A DNA stretch of 64,000 nt from Marinicella sp. (GTDB taxonomy: Bacteria > Pseudomonadota > Gammaproteobacteria > Xanthomonadales > Marinicellaceae). This document shows, piece after piece, positions 39,401 to 50,408 of this stretch (position 1 is the first letter of the stretch; every line of letters begins with the position of its first letter). The position numbers and the translations under genes are program-made. The DNA is taken from assembly GCA_965230295.1 (NCBI GenBank), contig OZ246001.1, positions 2,272,001-2,336,000 of the forward strand, read 5' to 3'. The notes below the pieces were generated by a model. The model had not been told where the DNA came from. It made no database searches and saw nothing but the letters and a program-made list of their open reading frames with translations.

Positions 39401-40228
39401 ATGCCATGGATCAGCAAAGCAGACAGGGCTCATTTTAAAAAATACGGATACCTGGTCGTAAAAAATGTGGTGCCAAAGCATTTGATTCAACCAGCTCGCG
39501 AGGAAATTGCAACAACCGTCAATGCCCGTTTGGATGACCCCACTTCCTGGTATCAGGGTGATCTGCGCAATGATGGTATTGTTCCCGTTCATCACCTGCA
39601 ATCCTTGTGGAACATCAGACAAGACCCACAGGTGTTTGCCATGTTTGCTGAGTTTTGGGGTCAAGACAGCCACCTATATACCGATTTCAATCGCTGTTGT
39701 TTCAGACCTCCTAATCATGATGATTATCCAGAATTGAGTTTGGGTGAGATTCATTGGGATATTGACCCCAGGAGGGGCAGTGAAGGATGGATTCAAGGCA
39801 TCGTCTTATTAACTGACATCAAACCCAACACCGGTGGTTTTCAGTGCATCCCAGAGATATATCAGGACATCGATGAATGGATCAGGGTGAATGCCATGTC
39901 GGAAGATTTCAACCATTTTCAACCTGGTTTAGACACCCACCCAACTTTACAACTCAGTGGCCAGGCAGGGGATGTGATTTTGTGGTCAACCCTGTTACCT
40001 CATGGACCGGCAGTTAACCTGTCAAATGAGGTCAGGATTGCAGCCTTTGTGACCATCACGCCTGATAACAAGTTCGAGCAAAAAAGAGCAACCAGAAAAA
40101 GATGGATATTGGCAAAAAGGGCGCCAGCAAAGTGGCGCGGTTTGCCCCAACAACAAGACCCTGAACCAGGGCCAACAGTTAAATTAACTGAATTAGGAAA
40201 AAAATTAGCTGGCATCAATCCCTGGTGA
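39401..40228 (+). CDS. Phytanoyl-CoA dioxygenase (PhyH) family Fe/2OG enzyme
   Basis: F..GYLVV, HWD, GGFQCIP, AGDVILW..LPHG..N..R. Confidence 0.85.
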   Translation: MPWISKADRAHFKKYGYLVVKNVVPKHLIQPAREEIATTVNARLDDPTSWYQGDLRNDGIVPVHHLQSLWNIRQDPQVFAMFAEFWGQDSHLYTDFNRCCFRPPNHDDYPELSLGEIHWDIDPRRGSEGWIQGIVLLTDIKPNTGGFQCIPEIYQDIDEWIRVNAMSEDFNHFQPGLDTHPTLQLSGQAGDVILWSTLLPHGPAVNLSNEVRIAAFVTITPDNKFEQKRATRKRWILAKRAPAKWRGLPQQQDPEPGPTVKLTELGKKLAGINPW

Positions 40229-40976
40229 TGAATGTCCTGATTTCGCTGAAGTATATAGGTGACAGGTCCAAATCGTTGTGACCGGCATCGATGTTGGTAA
40301 CATGCAGCTGATTTTCCGGAATGGCTTGAATCAGTTTTTGTGTATGCGATGCTTTGATTACTTGGTCTTGGGTGGCCATCACCACCATGGTAGGTGCATT
40401 CAATTGATCCGCCCTGGCTGCTGAATCATAATGATCTTTGAGCAACCACTGCATGGGAAAGACCGGCAGCATGGATTGCGCGACGTTGCGGATGCTGTCA
40501 AAGGGTGTGACCAACACCAAATGATCGACCGGTCTTTGACTGGCCAAATAAGTGGCGACACCTGAGCCCAACGACCTGCCTATGACTTTCACCTGGTTGT
40601 GTTTGCCTTTGATTCGATCAAACAACGCCAAAGCATCAGCATACAAAGCTGTTTCGCTGGCAGATCCTGCTGCACCAGCATACCCTCGATATTTCATCAG
40701 GTAGGTGGTGTGTTGAGGAAACTCCTGAAAAAAATCTCCCGCGGTATAGGCCACATTCTCCGCATTGCCACCAAAGTACAAGATGGCGTTATCGGCTTGG
40801 TCATGGGTAACCAAAGCCTCAACATGGATGTCGCTGTTGAGAAATTTTAAGGTATTGAAGTTATGGGCAGTGGCCGCAGTCGGATAGTAGATCATGTTTC
40901 TTTGAAAGAGGTATAACAGTACACCCAACATCAGGTAAATGATCAACAATGATTTAAACAGACTGAGGTAATTCAT
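40215..40976 (-). CDS. Alpha/beta hydrolase (ABHD13-like)
   Basis: N-terminal TM, YFGGNAE, YRGY, GRSLGSG, GHND. Confidence 0.88.
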   Translation of the reverse strand: MNYLSLFKSLLIIYLMLGVLLYLFQRNMIYYPTAATAHNFNTLKFLNSDIHVEALVTHDQADNAILYFGGNAENVAYTAGDFFQEFPQHTTYLMKYRGYAGAAGSASETALYADALALFDRIKGKHNQVKVIGRSLGSGVATYLASQRPVDHLVLVTPFDSIRNVAQSMLPVFPMQWLLKDHYDSAARADQLNAPTMVVMATQDQVIKASHTQKLIQAIPENQLHVTNIDAGHNDLDLSPIYFSEIRTFITRD

Positions 40977-41064
40977 GGTTTCATTGACTTATTGGTCTTG
41001 GTCAAGTTCTTATAGTTTACTTCAGAGCGGGTCGTAAAGGTGATTTCTGAACCCCCCAATGATT

Positions 41065-41164
41065 AAGCCACATGGAAGTGGTTAATGCTGAAAATTGTCG
41101 GGAACAATTTCAGTGAAGCCACATGGAAGTGGTTAATGCTGAAAATTGTCGGGAACTGTTTCTG
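41065..41164. repeat. Tandem 51-bp-period duplication with GGA-loop hairpins
   Basis: 41 nt identical at 41065-41105 and 41116-41156. Confidence 0.85.
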
Positions 41165-41363
41165 TAAAGGAAAAAATAACATTTAAACCGACCTCGTCTC
41201 TGGCCATCAATTTTTTAACAATGGCTTCATTAAATCCTAATCAACGGCTCAATATAATCACACCGATAAGTTCAATAAAGTGCAATGGATTTTAAATAAT
41301 AAGTCCATCGTTTTTTGAGAATTACGTTAAATGAATAAACACAATAACAAGAGGATTTAAGAC

Positions 41364-42746
41364 ATGAAATACATTGATAACAAATTTATTTTGATCATAA
41401 GCCTGCTGATTTCTTTTGAAGCATGGTCATTCAAGTGTGATTTTTCAACAGACGTTCCAATACCAGAGTGCAATGCATTGAACGTTGCCTTTACATCTCT
41501 GGGCATATTAAATTCAACATTCAGCCAGCAAGTCAAAGATGATTGGGGTGATCCAAACCACAACACGGTTTGTGACACCCATGATGGTCCTTATGGGATC
41601 TTCTGTTCGGGCAATCAAGTAACCAGAATAACCATATTTAATCAATCCATCTCAGGCAACATCCCTTCAGAGTTCGGAAACCTCACTGGTTTGGAAAGGT
41701 TAGAATTGGCCAGCAATGGAAACCTAACCGGCAGCATTCCCCCGGAACTGGGAAACCTGAGCAACTTGCAAGATCTTTACTTGGGACAAAATAACCTGAC
41801 TGGCAACATCCCATCTGAGCTGGGTAATCTGTCTTCCATTCTTTCCATACACTTGGGAGGTAATAACCTCACCGGTTCCATTCCTCCTGAGCTCGCCAAC
41901 CTCTCAAGTCTAGGGTTCTTAAATCTGGATAACAATAACCTGTCAGGCACCATTCCTGCCGAGTTAGGTAACCTGAATAACCTGCGAGAATTTATCTTGT
42001 CTTACAATGAAAATTTGACCGGTGCCATCCCGCCGGAACTGGGTAACCTCACTCAGTTGGAATCACTTCAGTTGATTCTTAACAATTTCACTGGTGTGAT
42101 TCCTCCAGAGTTGGGGAGCCTTGTGAATTTACAACGCTTGAGTGTGTCTGGTAATAACCTCAGTGGCAACATTCCACAGGCTTTGACAAACCTGTCCAAC
42201 TTGTATGAATTGGGTTTGAGCGACAACAATTTTGATGGTCCCATCCCCAGTGGGCTGGGAGATCTGATTGATTTAGAGTTCTTGAGTTTATCCCTTAACA
42301 AACTTTCTGGTGACATACCCCCATCATTGGGCAATCTGTCAAACTTGCAATTCCTGTTCTTGAACAACAATGAATTGACCGGCTTCATCCCTCAAGAATT
42401 GGGCAGCCTGACTGGCTTGCAATTTCTGAATTTAAGCAACAACAATTTGACCGGATTGATTCCTGCAGAGTTGGATAACCTACAGAGTTTGTTTTTCCTG
42501 TTCTTGAATGACAATTATTTACTGGGTGATTTTCCAGACATCAGGGGCGCAGGCATTCCTGCTCCTTCAGAAAACCTGCTGATTCAAAACAATTGCTTGA
42601 CGCCCAATTCAGATCCCAGTGTGAATGACTGGATTGACGCCAGAACCAGTTTGACTTCAGGTTTGCAGGCTCAGTATCCAGATGCCAACGTCTGTTTAGA
42701 TGTTTTCATTGAATATGACCTCATTTTTGACAGTGCTTTTGAATGA
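41364..42746 (+). CDS. Secreted plant-type leucine-rich-repeat protein
   Basis: About 13 24-aa repeats LxxLxLxxNxLxGxIPxELGN, Cys N-cap, C-terminal DLIFDSAFE. Confidence 0.9.
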   Translation: MKYIDNKFILIISLLISFEAWSFKCDFSTDVPIPECNALNVAFTSLGILNSTFSQQVKDDWGDPNHNTVCDTHDGPYGIFCSGNQVTRITIFNQSISGNIPSEFGNLTGLERLELASNGNLTGSIPPELGNLSNLQDLYLGQNNLTGNIPSELGNLSSILSIHLGGNNLTGSIPPELANLSSLGFLNLDNNNLSGTIPAELGNLNNLREFILSYNENLTGAIPPELGNLTQLESLQLILNNFTGVIPPELGSLVNLQRLSVSGNNLSGNIPQALTNLSNLYELGLSDNNFDGPIPSGLGDLIDLEFLSLSLNKLSGDIPPSLGNLSNLQFLFLNNNELTGFIPQELGSLTGLQFLNLSNNNLTGLIPAELDNLQSLFFLFLNDNYLLGDFPDIRGAGIPAPSENLLIQNNCLTPNSDPSVNDWIDARTSLTSGLQAQYPDANVCLDVFIEYDLIFDSAFE

Positions 42747-42764
42747 ATATAAAAGCAAGGCGAT

Positions 42765-43463
42765 TCAATGGTTTTCAAGAATGAGTTGATAACCTGTTTT
42801 TGAGACGGTTTTGATTTGTGTTTGAAGGCTGCCATCCAGTTGACATTTTTTTCGCAGTTCAGCAATGTGTGTATCCACAGTACGACTGTTGATGGCCGCC
42901 TGATGACCCCAAACTTCTTGCATCAATTCAAGGCGCGAGATGGCCCGGTTTAAATTTCGACTCAAATACAACAACAACAGGTATTCTTTGGGTGCCAAAT
43001 CAATTGGCTCATGCTCTTTACAAACCAGTCGTCGGTCCTCGTTGATACTCAAATGGCCTACAAGCGTCAGCGCCTTATCAGCTAAGTGGGTGGTTGGCTG
43101 ACCAACCCTTCTCAACAAAGCTTCCACCCGCGCCAACAATTCCATCAAGCCAAAAGGTTTGGTTAAATAATCATCGGCACCTGAACGCAATGCCCGGACT
43201 TTGTCCATTTCCATGGACCGTGCAGTTAAGCACAGTGTAGGGATTTTAATCTTTTTTTGTTGCAGCTGGTTGATGATGCTGAATCCATCAACATGGGGCA
43301 ACATCATGTCCAGGATCAATAAATCAGGATGACTAGATATGATGTGTGGCACGGCATCAGCACCATCATGACACAGGGTTACTTGATAACCTTCTAGCAA
43401 CAAGTTTGATTCCAGGCCCTTGGCCAATTCAATGTTGTCTTCTATAACTGCAATGGTAGTCAT
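42765..43463 (-). CDS. OmpR-family response regulator
   Basis: IEDN, LDMMLP, GADDYLTKPF, SRTVDTHIAELRKK. Confidence 0.95.
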   Translation of the reverse strand: MTTIAVIEDNIELAKGLESNLLLEGYQVTLCHDGADAVPHIISSHPDLLILDMMLPHVDGFSIINQLQQKKIKIPTLCLTARSMEMDKVRALRSGADDYLTKPFGLMELLARVEALLRRVGQPTTHLADKALTLVGHLSINEDRRLVCKEHEPIDLAPKEYLLLLYLSRNLNRAISRLELMQEVWGHQAAINSRTVDTHIAELRKKCQLDGSLQTQIKTVSKTGYQLILENH

Positions 43464-45073
43464 GCATGGTCCTCTGATTTGTTTTCTGGATATAAAGGCA
43501 AGGTGATGACCACTGTTAAGCCGACTGCCGGGTGTTCAAATGACATTTGTCCACCGAGTTGTTGGCATAAGTTGTTGGCAATGCTGAGACCTAAGCCGTT
43601 GCCATTGATACCACGGTGCTCATCCCGTTCTAAGCGCTGATACGTTTGCAACATTTGCTTCACCTGTTGTTTAGGTATACCTGGCCCTTGGTCGGTAATT
43701 TTTAGGATCATGAATTGGGTTAATTTTTTGATTTCAATGGTTATTATCTGTTGTGGAGGGCCAAATTTTACGGCATTGTCCAGTACATTGATCAACACTT
43801 GTTTGAGCAAATTGGGGTCCGTTGCGATGTACAGTTCATCCTGGGTTTGCACATCAACTTGAATGTTCTTTTGTTGCCACACAATATTTTGTTGTGTCAG
43901 CAAATCATTAAGAAATGGTGTGATGTGAAGCTCTTCAGTGAGCACATTGATTTGGTTTTGTTGAATTTGTTGTTGCTGCAGGATGTTGTCAACCAAGTGG
44001 CTCAAACGGATGCTTTCCTGATGTATGACTTTGAGGTAATGATGTTGCTTGGCATCGTCTTTTTCCCGACCCAACTCCAAAGTCTCGGCAAACAAGCGAA
44101 TTTGAGTCAATGGTGTTTTCAGTTCATGTGATGCTCGGGCAATGAACTGTTCTTTTTGTCTGGTCAGTACATTGGTGCGGCGATACAACCAAAACATGAT
44201 AATCATGGCAGAGATGGCCAAGCCAATAAGAATCAGTAATTGAGGCAATTGTGTTTGTGGCAAACCGCCAATGATAAGTTGACTGGCCAGCGCTCGATCG
44301 ATGTGAGCTGTCAGCAGGTACCCGGCAAACAATGCACCGTAATCATCATCAATGGTAATGCTGTGATGATTCGCCGATTCAACAGCATGGCTTGACTGCC
44401 AAAGGACCTGACCTTGAGCGTTTTTAAAGAAAAATGTCAAGCCGACGTTGTCTTTATTGTCAGTCAAAACAGTGGGTAAAACCGCTTTGTTGTCATACAA
44501 AAAATCAAACCCACCTCGCACCAAGGCATCGTTGTATTCGGTGATGACACTGTATTTTGAATTGATTCGGATGAGGCTTTTGAACGACAGGGTTTGGCTG
44601 TCCAAGTCGTGAAGGGCTTGGATGCCAGGTCCGTCATCTGTTTGTGTGGCCGGGATGGAAGTATCAACTGCTTGGGTTAACTGAGGGTGTACAACGGCAT
44701 TCAGGGTTTGCCTTTCATGATCCAGAATCTGAACGTTGGTCAAAGCTTCCTTGACCCTGGTTCGACTGGGGTTTAACTGTTCATTGGGGGTGTTTAAAAA
44801 ATCAATGATCGTGCTGTTAGGATTACCGGGTCCAGTCCACGCCTGGCCCAAATCAAACATCGCCGCATAGCCAATTTGACCTTTGATGTTTCGGGCAAAT
44901 TGTTGTGCTGCCATGGCAGCATAGTCATTCAAAACAGCACTCACCGTCACTGTTTGTTTTTCTTGGTTGTGCTGTATCTGCCAAATAAAGCCCAACATGA
45001 CCGCAAAATTTACCAGCATCATTGTGATTAACAGGTATTGTTGCCAGGATTTATGTTGTTCAGTACTGATCAA
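43460..45073 (-). CDS. Sensor histidine kinase
   Basis: Two TM, SHELKTPL H-box, NVLDNAVKF, DQGPGI, GNGLGL. Confidence 0.93.
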   Translation of the reverse strand: MISTEQHKSWQQYLLITMMLVNFAVMLGFIWQIQHNQEKQTVTVSAVLNDYAAMAAQQFARNIKGQIGYAAMFDLGQAWTGPGNPNSTIIDFLNTPNEQLNPSRTRVKEALTNVQILDHERQTLNAVVHPQLTQAVDTSIPATQTDDGPGIQALHDLDSQTLSFKSLIRINSKYSVITEYNDALVRGGFDFLYDNKAVLPTVLTDNKDNVGLTFFFKNAQGQVLWQSSHAVESANHHSITIDDDYGALFAGYLLTAHIDRALASQLIIGGLPQTQLPQLLILIGLAISAMIIMFWLYRRTNVLTRQKEQFIARASHELKTPLTQIRLFAETLELGREKDDAKQHHYLKVIHQESIRLSHLVDNILQQQQIQQNQINVLTEELHITPFLNDLLTQQNIVWQQKNIQVDVQTQDELYIATDPNLLKQVLINVLDNAVKFGPPQQIITIEIKKLTQFMILKITDQGPGIPKQQVKQMLQTYQRLERDEHRGINGNGLGLSIANNLCQQLGGQMSFEHPAVGLTVVITLPLYPENKSEDHA

Positions 45074-45154
45074 AGGAGTCGTTGTTTTTGATACACCATC
45101 AGTTTAACTTGAATCAAGCCAAGCCGCAAAGTGATGCCTGCTTATGAAGGTAAT

Positions 45155-45173
45155 CCTGACAATTCCCTGACAA
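45155..45173. promoter_or_regulatory. OmpR-type direct repeat
   Basis: CCTGACAA-N3-CCTGACAA (11-bp period) between the kinase and the divergent cytochrome gene. Confidence 0.55.
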
Positions 45174-45238
45174 AACCTCAACCTATTTTAATGGTGTGCT
45201 CGCTATGATGATTGGAATTAAAATCAATGAGGATATTC

Positions 45239-45952
45239 ATGAAAAAGTTACTGGCTTTGTTGTGTTGTTTGCCCATGTTAGTGGTGGCTGACATATTTGA
45301 TGATCCACAAAACCTTAAAGTGTTGGATGAAAAAATCTCACCTGTTGAGCTGCGAAATACCATGAGGATGTTTTCGCAAAGTTTGGGCGTGCGTTGTCAA
45401 CATTGTCATGTGGGCGAGGAAGGCCAGTCGCTGAGGGAATTTGATTTCGCTGCCGATGACAAAGAATCCAAGGAAAAGGCACGCTTCATGTATAAAATGG
45501 TCAATGACCTCAATCAACACATGGTGACAGGGATCAAAGACCGAAAGGTGAAAATTGAATGCATCACCTGTCACCGCGGAGCACCCACGCCCATTCAAAC
45601 AGTCGATTTACTGAAAAACACATTTGATGAGCAAGGTGTTGAGAAGGCTTTGGCAAAACATGATGAGCTGAAAAATCAATTTTATGGATCTCACACCCAT
45701 GATTTCACAGAGAATACTTTACTCAGATTGGCGCAGAGGGTGCACAAAGAGAATCCAGATACCAGCTTAAAAATCCTTCTGAAAAACATAGAAATCCATC
45801 CAAAAAGTTATCAGACCTTGTTTTATTTAGGAGAGTCATATGCCACCAAGAAAGATTTCAAATTGGCTTTGAATTATTTAGAACAGGCTTATAAGTTACA
45901 GCCCAACCCGTTCTTGGAGAAGAAGATAAAAGCCCTTAAAGAGCAGCTTTAA
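45239..45952 (+). CDS. Periplasmic diheme c-type cytochrome (reaction-centre cytochrome c-like domain) with C-terminal TPR
   Basis: Signal peptide, NLKVL, LGVRCQHCH, CITCHRG, TPR. Confidence 0.85.
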   Translation: MKKLLALLCCLPMLVVADIFDDPQNLKVLDEKISPVELRNTMRMFSQSLGVRCQHCHVGEEGQSLREFDFAADDKESKEKARFMYKMVNDLNQHMVTGIKDRKVKIECITCHRGAPTPIQTVDLLKNTFDEQGVEKALAKHDELKNQFYGSHTHDFTENTLLRLAQRVHKENPDTSLKILLKNIEIHPKSYQTLFYLGESYATKKDFKLALNYLEQAYKLQPNPFLEKKIKALKEQL

Positions 45953-45964
45953 CAACTGCTCTTT
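45938..45964. terminator. Hairpin between convergent genes
   Basis: AAAGAGCAG-N9-CTGCTCTTT. Confidence 0.55.
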
Positions 45965-45976
45965 GATCCATGCTTT

Positions 45977-48205
45977 TTATACCAGATTCAAATCTTTCAT
46001 CGGTAAGCGGCGATGTCGTTTGCCATTGGCGGCATAAATGGCATTACATATGGCCGGGGCCACAGGTGGCAGGCCGGGTTCACCCACTCCCGTTGGTAGC
46101 GCATCGCTTTTAACCAGGTGCACATGAATGTCAGGGATCTGATGGATGCGGGACATTTGGTAATCATCAAAATTGCCTTGTTCAATGATACCGTCTTTGG
46201 CAGTGATTTCACCGTAAAAAGCCAGTGATGCACCAAATATGGCTGAGCCTTCCATCTGTGAAATCACCCGGTCCGGGTTGAGGATTTTGCCGGCATCGAC
46301 GGCCATGTGGATGTCTTCCAGTTTGACCTTGTTGCCATCAGTTGATACTTTCACCACCACCGCAATGTAGCTCAAAAAGCTGCGCCAGGCGGCCACGCCC
46401 ATACCCACACCTTCAGGCAAATCCTGGCCCCAATTGGCTTTTTCTGCTGCCAGTTTAATCACATGTTTCAGGCGGCTGGTTTCAGCCGGGTATTGTTCAG
46501 CGGGTTCTCCGTAGTTGCTGTATTTGAAGCCGTCAGCTTCGAAATCTTCGGTCCGATCGCTACCGATCAATCCCAATAAAAAGTCTTTGCTGTCTTGACC
46601 AGCGGCATGGGCCATTTCATCAACAAAAGAAGACGCTGCAAAGACGTTGTTGATGTTGGTCACGGAGCGGACCCAGCCGATGCGCATGAAGGTGTCGGTT
46701 TCACCCAAAGCGATCTTGATGTTAGGTACTTCAAACATCATGTCGCCTTGGCCCAAATCGGTGCTACCAGCGGTTTTGGCTGAAGGGTCAAAAGTGGCAC
46801 TGATCGGATGATTGACCATGGCATGGTACCAGCTGGTGACCTGGTTTTTGTCATCCAATGTGCCGGTTAATTTTTGATAACTGGGCGAATGGTAATAGCC
46901 ATGTTTGACTTCATCTTCACGCGTCCACAAGACCTTGACAGGCATTTTGGTTTCATTGGCCAGGTAGGCGGCTTCGGCGACGAAATCTGGTTTGGATTTA
47001 CGCCCAAACCCACCGCCCAACAAGGTCACATTGATTTCCACATTGGCGGCATTTTCTTGTGGTATTTGTAAGGTGCCCATGACGTTTCGTTGGGAAGCTT
47101 GCGGGGTTTGGGTACAGGCCCACACTTCAACCCGATCACCATTGATTCGCGCCGTGGCTGCCGGTGGTTCCATGGTGGCATGGACCAAACCCGCCACATG
47201 GTAATCGGCTTCAATGGTTTTGGTTGCATTGGCCTTCGCCTGATCCACATCGCCGCGGGTTCGCACCACTTCTTTGGGATCTTCCAGTGCTTTGATGAAC
47301 ACCGCTTCATGGTCTTTGGTGCTGTAACTGGCATTGCTGCCATGGTCCCATTCGATCTTTAACTTGTCACGGCCTTGGATGGCTGCCCAGGTGTTCTCGG
47401 CGATCACCGCCACACCGCCGAGCATTTTGAACATGGCCGGTGGGGTTAAAGCGGGTAGTTCCACCACTTTAATCACGCCAGGTACTTTCATGGCCTCAGT
47501 TGAATCCACACTTTTGACAGTGCCAAAGACCACCGGTGGCCGAGCGATGACGGCAAATTTCATGTCATCTAACTCAACATCAAAACCAAAAACAGCTTTA
47601 CCGGTGACGATTTCATGACCATCCAAATTGTCCATGTTGGGCTTGCCCACATATTTTTGCTCGGCTTCGGTTTTCAGTTTGAGGCTTTCGCGGGCGGGGA
47701 CTTCCAGTTTACTGGCGATTTTAACCAGCTCCTTGAAGTCCAAAGATTGGTCTTGGTGTTTGGCCTGGTGGTTTTCAATGGTGATTTGATCGACTGGTAC
47801 CGACCACACTTTGGCGGCAGCTTGCTGTAGCATGGTGCGCATGATGGCGCCAGCTTCTTTGAGTTTTTGGTAGTTTTTCCGCACACTGCGAGAGCCATCG
47901 GTGTTTTGGCTGCCGTATTTGGCATCCCCCAAAGCTTGTTTGACCGTCACTCGATCCCAATCGGCTTCCATTTCATCAGCCACCAACAATGGCAATGTAC
48001 TGCGGATGCCTTGACCCATTTCACTGCGATGAGAAATGATGGTGACTTGTCCTGCATCGTCCATTGAAACAAACACATCGGGGTTGAATACCGATGACTC
48101 ATGGTGTTTGGCCAATAACGGTGAGAATTGGATGCCTAAAACCAGGGTTCCAGTCGCTAAACCGGTGCCTTGTAAAAACTGCCTGCGATTTATTTTCTTG
48201 ATCAT
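45977..48205 (-). CDS. Xanthine dehydrogenase-family molybdopterin subunit (IorB-like), Tat-exported
   Basis: NRRQFL Tat motif, [26 protein letters not shown]. Confidence 0.92.
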   Translation of the reverse strand: MIKKINRRQFLQGTGLATGTLVLGIQFSPLLAKHHESSVFNPDVFVSMDDAGQVTIISHRSEMGQGIRSTLPLLVADEMEADWDRVTVKQALGDAKYGSQNTDGSRSVRKNYQKLKEAGAIMRTMLQQAAAKVWSVPVDQITIENHQAKHQDQSLDFKELVKIASKLEVPARESLKLKTEAEQKYVGKPNMDNLDGHEIVTGKAVFGFDVELDDMKFAVIARPPVVFGTVKSVDSTEAMKVPGVIKVVELPALTPPAMFKMLGGVAVIAENTWAAIQGRDKLKIEWDHGSNASYSTKDHEAVFIKALEDPKEVVRTRGDVDQAKANATKTIEADYHVAGLVHATMEPPAATARINGDRVEVWACTQTPQASQRNVMGTLQIPQENAANVEINVTLLGGGFGRKSKPDFVAEAAYLANETKMPVKVLWTREDEVKHGYYHSPSYQKLTGTLDDKNQVTSWYHAMVNHPISATFDPSAKTAGSTDLGQGDMMFEVPNIKIALGETDTFMRIGWVRSVTNINNVFAASSFVDEMAHAAGQDSKDFLLGLIGSDRTEDFEADGFKYSNYGEPAEQYPAETSRLKHVIKLAAEKANWGQDLPEGVGMGVAAWRSFLSYIAVVVKVSTDGNKVKLEDIHMAVDAGKILNPDRVISQMEGSAIFGASLAFYGEITAKDGIIEQGNFDDYQMSRIHQIPDIHVHLVKSDALPTGVGEPGLPPVAPAICNAIYAANGKRHRRLPMKDLNLV

Positions 48206-48672
48206 GACAGTGCTCCTTTGGCTTGAGCCTTGGCGGCTTGCTTGATGGCGGCACGAATTCGCGGGTAGGTACCACAACGACAAATGTTGCCAGCCATGGC
48301 GGCATTGATGTCATCGTCACTGGGGTTGCTGTTATTGGCCAACAATGCCGTGGCAGACATGATTTGCCCGGTTTGACAATAACCACACTGGGCCACTTTT
48401 AATTCTTGCCAAGCTTGTTGAACCGGGTGATCGCCGTTGGTAGACAAGCCCTCAATGGTGGTGATGGATTTGCCTTTGGCGTATGACATGGGCGTGATAC
48501 AAGAACGCATCGCTTGTCCATCAATGTGAACAGTACAGGCACCACAGATGCCTTTCCCACAGCCGTATTTACTGCCGGTCAATTTGGCCACGTCCCGCAA
48601 GGCCCACAATAATGGCATGTCGTCACTGACGTCCAGTTTGGATAGTTTGCCGTTAATTTTAAGTTCTATCAT
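48202..48672 (-). CDS. (2Fe-2S)-binding subunit (IorA-like)
   Basis: [26 protein letters not shown]. Confidence 0.94.
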   Translation of the reverse strand: MIELKINGKLSKLDVSDDMPLLWALRDVAKLTGSKYGCGKGICGACTVHIDGQAMRSCITPMSYAKGKSITTIEGLSTNGDHPVQQAWQELKVAQCGYCQTGQIMSATALLANNSNPSDDDINAAMAGNICRCGTYPRIRAAIKQAAKAQAKGALS

Positions 48673-48824
48673 GTCTGTACCCCGATTTTTAATAGGCAAT
48701 CAGTATACCATTTACAATGCCTTTTGATGTAGGTCAAAAGATACACTTTTCAGGTTTATAAAACATAGGTTATTGCTAGGTACTGCGGTATAATAACGAA
48801 CGTTTGAAATAATAAAAAAACGTC

Positions 48825-50405
48825 TTGAATAAATTTGACTACATTGTGGTTGGTGCTGGCTCAGCCGGCTGTGTGTTGGCCAACCGATTATCCGCCAATG
48901 GAAAACATTCTGTGCTGTTGGTTGAAGCCGGTGGCACCGATTGGAATCCCTTGATCCACATGCCTGCTGGTTTGGCCAAGCTGGTGGGCGTCAAATCCAT
49001 CAACTGGAGTTACGACACCGCACCAGAGCCGCATTTAAACAACCGCCGCTTGTATTGGCCCAGAGGTAAAGTCTTGGGTGGCTCCTCTTCCATCAACGCC
49101 ATGTGTTATTGTCGAGGTCATCGCAAAGATTACGATCATTGGGCAGCCTTGGGCAATCCAGGATGGGGCAGTGAAGATGTGTTGCCTTATTTCATGAAAA
49201 GCGAAAACAATCAGCGGCTCAAGAATGAATTTCACAGTGATGACGGTTTGTTGTCAGTGATGGACCACAAATACACCAACCCCCTAAGTGATGTGTTTCT
49301 TGAAGCCACAGAACAAGCTGGTTATGACCAAACTGATGACTTCAATGGTCTGCGCCAAAGGGGCTTTGGTTATTACCAGGTCACCCAAAAAGACGGTCAA
49401 CGTCATTCGACGGCCCAAGCGTTCCTTAAACCAGTCAAAACCCGTAAAAACTTAACGATTTGGACCAAAACCATGGCCCAAAAGGTTGTGTTAACGGACA
49501 AGAAAGCCACGGGTCTGGTGGTCAAAAAAGGCAGCCAGGTGATTGAGCTTCAAGCCAACAAGGAAGTGATTTTATCAGGTGGTGCGATCAATTCACCGCA
49601 ATTGTTGATGCTCTCAGGCATCGGTCAAGCCAGTGAATTGGCTGAACACGGTATCGATTGTCAGCATGAATTGCCAGGTGTGGGTAAAAACTTACAAGAT
49701 CATTTGGACGTGTGCCTGGTGCAACGGTGTAGCCAAAAGATCACCTATGACACCGTCAGTGAAATCCTGTCAGGCTTGAAATACTTTTTATTCAAAGAAG
49801 GCCCCGGAACCTCTAATGTGGCTGAAGCCGGTGGGTTTTGGCAGAGCCCTTTGGCGGAAGATGATCGACCTGATCTGCAATTTCATTTCGTGCCAGCCAT
49901 TTTGGATGACCATGGCCGCAACCGCATCAAAGGGAACGGCTATACCCTGCACATGTGTGTGTTGCGCCCTGAAAGCCGTGGTTCCATTAAATTGAATTCC
50001 GCCAACCCGGAAGACCACCCACACATCCAAGCCAATTACCTGGCAGTGGAACATGATTTGAAACTGATGATTGAAGGCTTCAAAATTCAGCGCAAGATTT
50101 TCGCGGCCAAAGCTTTTGATGATTACCGAGCTGATGAGCTGTTTCCTGGCAGTGACACCCAGACCGATGAAGAGATCGTTGAGTTCATCAAAAAGAAATC
50201 AGAGTCGATATACCACCCCATTGGTACCTGTAAAATGGGTTCGGATGACATGGCCGTGGTGGACCATCATTTGAAAGTCCATGGGATCGATGGCTTGCGG
50301 GTGGTGGATGCATCAGCCATGCCCACCTTGGTCTCTGGCAACACCAATGCGCCGACCATCATGATGGCCGAAAAAATCAGTGATCACATCCTGAATAATC
50401 AATGA
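48825..50405 (+). CDS. GMC oxidoreductase (choline dehydrogenase-like)
   Basis: GAGSAG, RGKVLGGSSSIN, GAINSPQLLMLSGIG, HPIGTCKMG, GNTNAP. Confidence 0.92.
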   Translation: MNKFDYIVVGAGSAGCVLANRLSANGKHSVLLVEAGGTDWNPLIHMPAGLAKLVGVKSINWSYDTAPEPHLNNRRLYWPRGKVLGGSSSINAMCYCRGHRKDYDHWAALGNPGWGSEDVLPYFMKSENNQRLKNEFHSDDGLLSVMDHKYTNPLSDVFLEATEQAGYDQTDDFNGLRQRGFGYYQVTQKDGQRHSTAQAFLKPVKTRKNLTIWTKTMAQKVVLTDKKATGLVVKKGSQVIELQANKEVILSGGAINSPQLLMLSGIGQASELAEHGIDCQHELPGVGKNLQDHLDVCLVQRCSQKITYDTVSEILSGLKYFLFKEGPGTSNVAEAGGFWQSPLAEDDRPDLQFHFVPAILDDHGRNRIKGNGYTLHMCVLRPESRGSIKLNSANPEDHPHIQANYLAVEHDLKLMIEGFKIQRKIFAAKAFDDYRADELFPGSDTQTDEEIVEFIKKKSESIYHPIGTCKMGSDDMAVVDHHLKVHGIDGLRVVDASAMPTLVSGNTNAPTIMMAEKISDHILNNQ

Positions 50406-50408
50406 TGC

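Noticed and set aside
41065-41164. Possible mini-CRISPR
   Set aside because: Only two units, a 10-nt spacer and no cas genes
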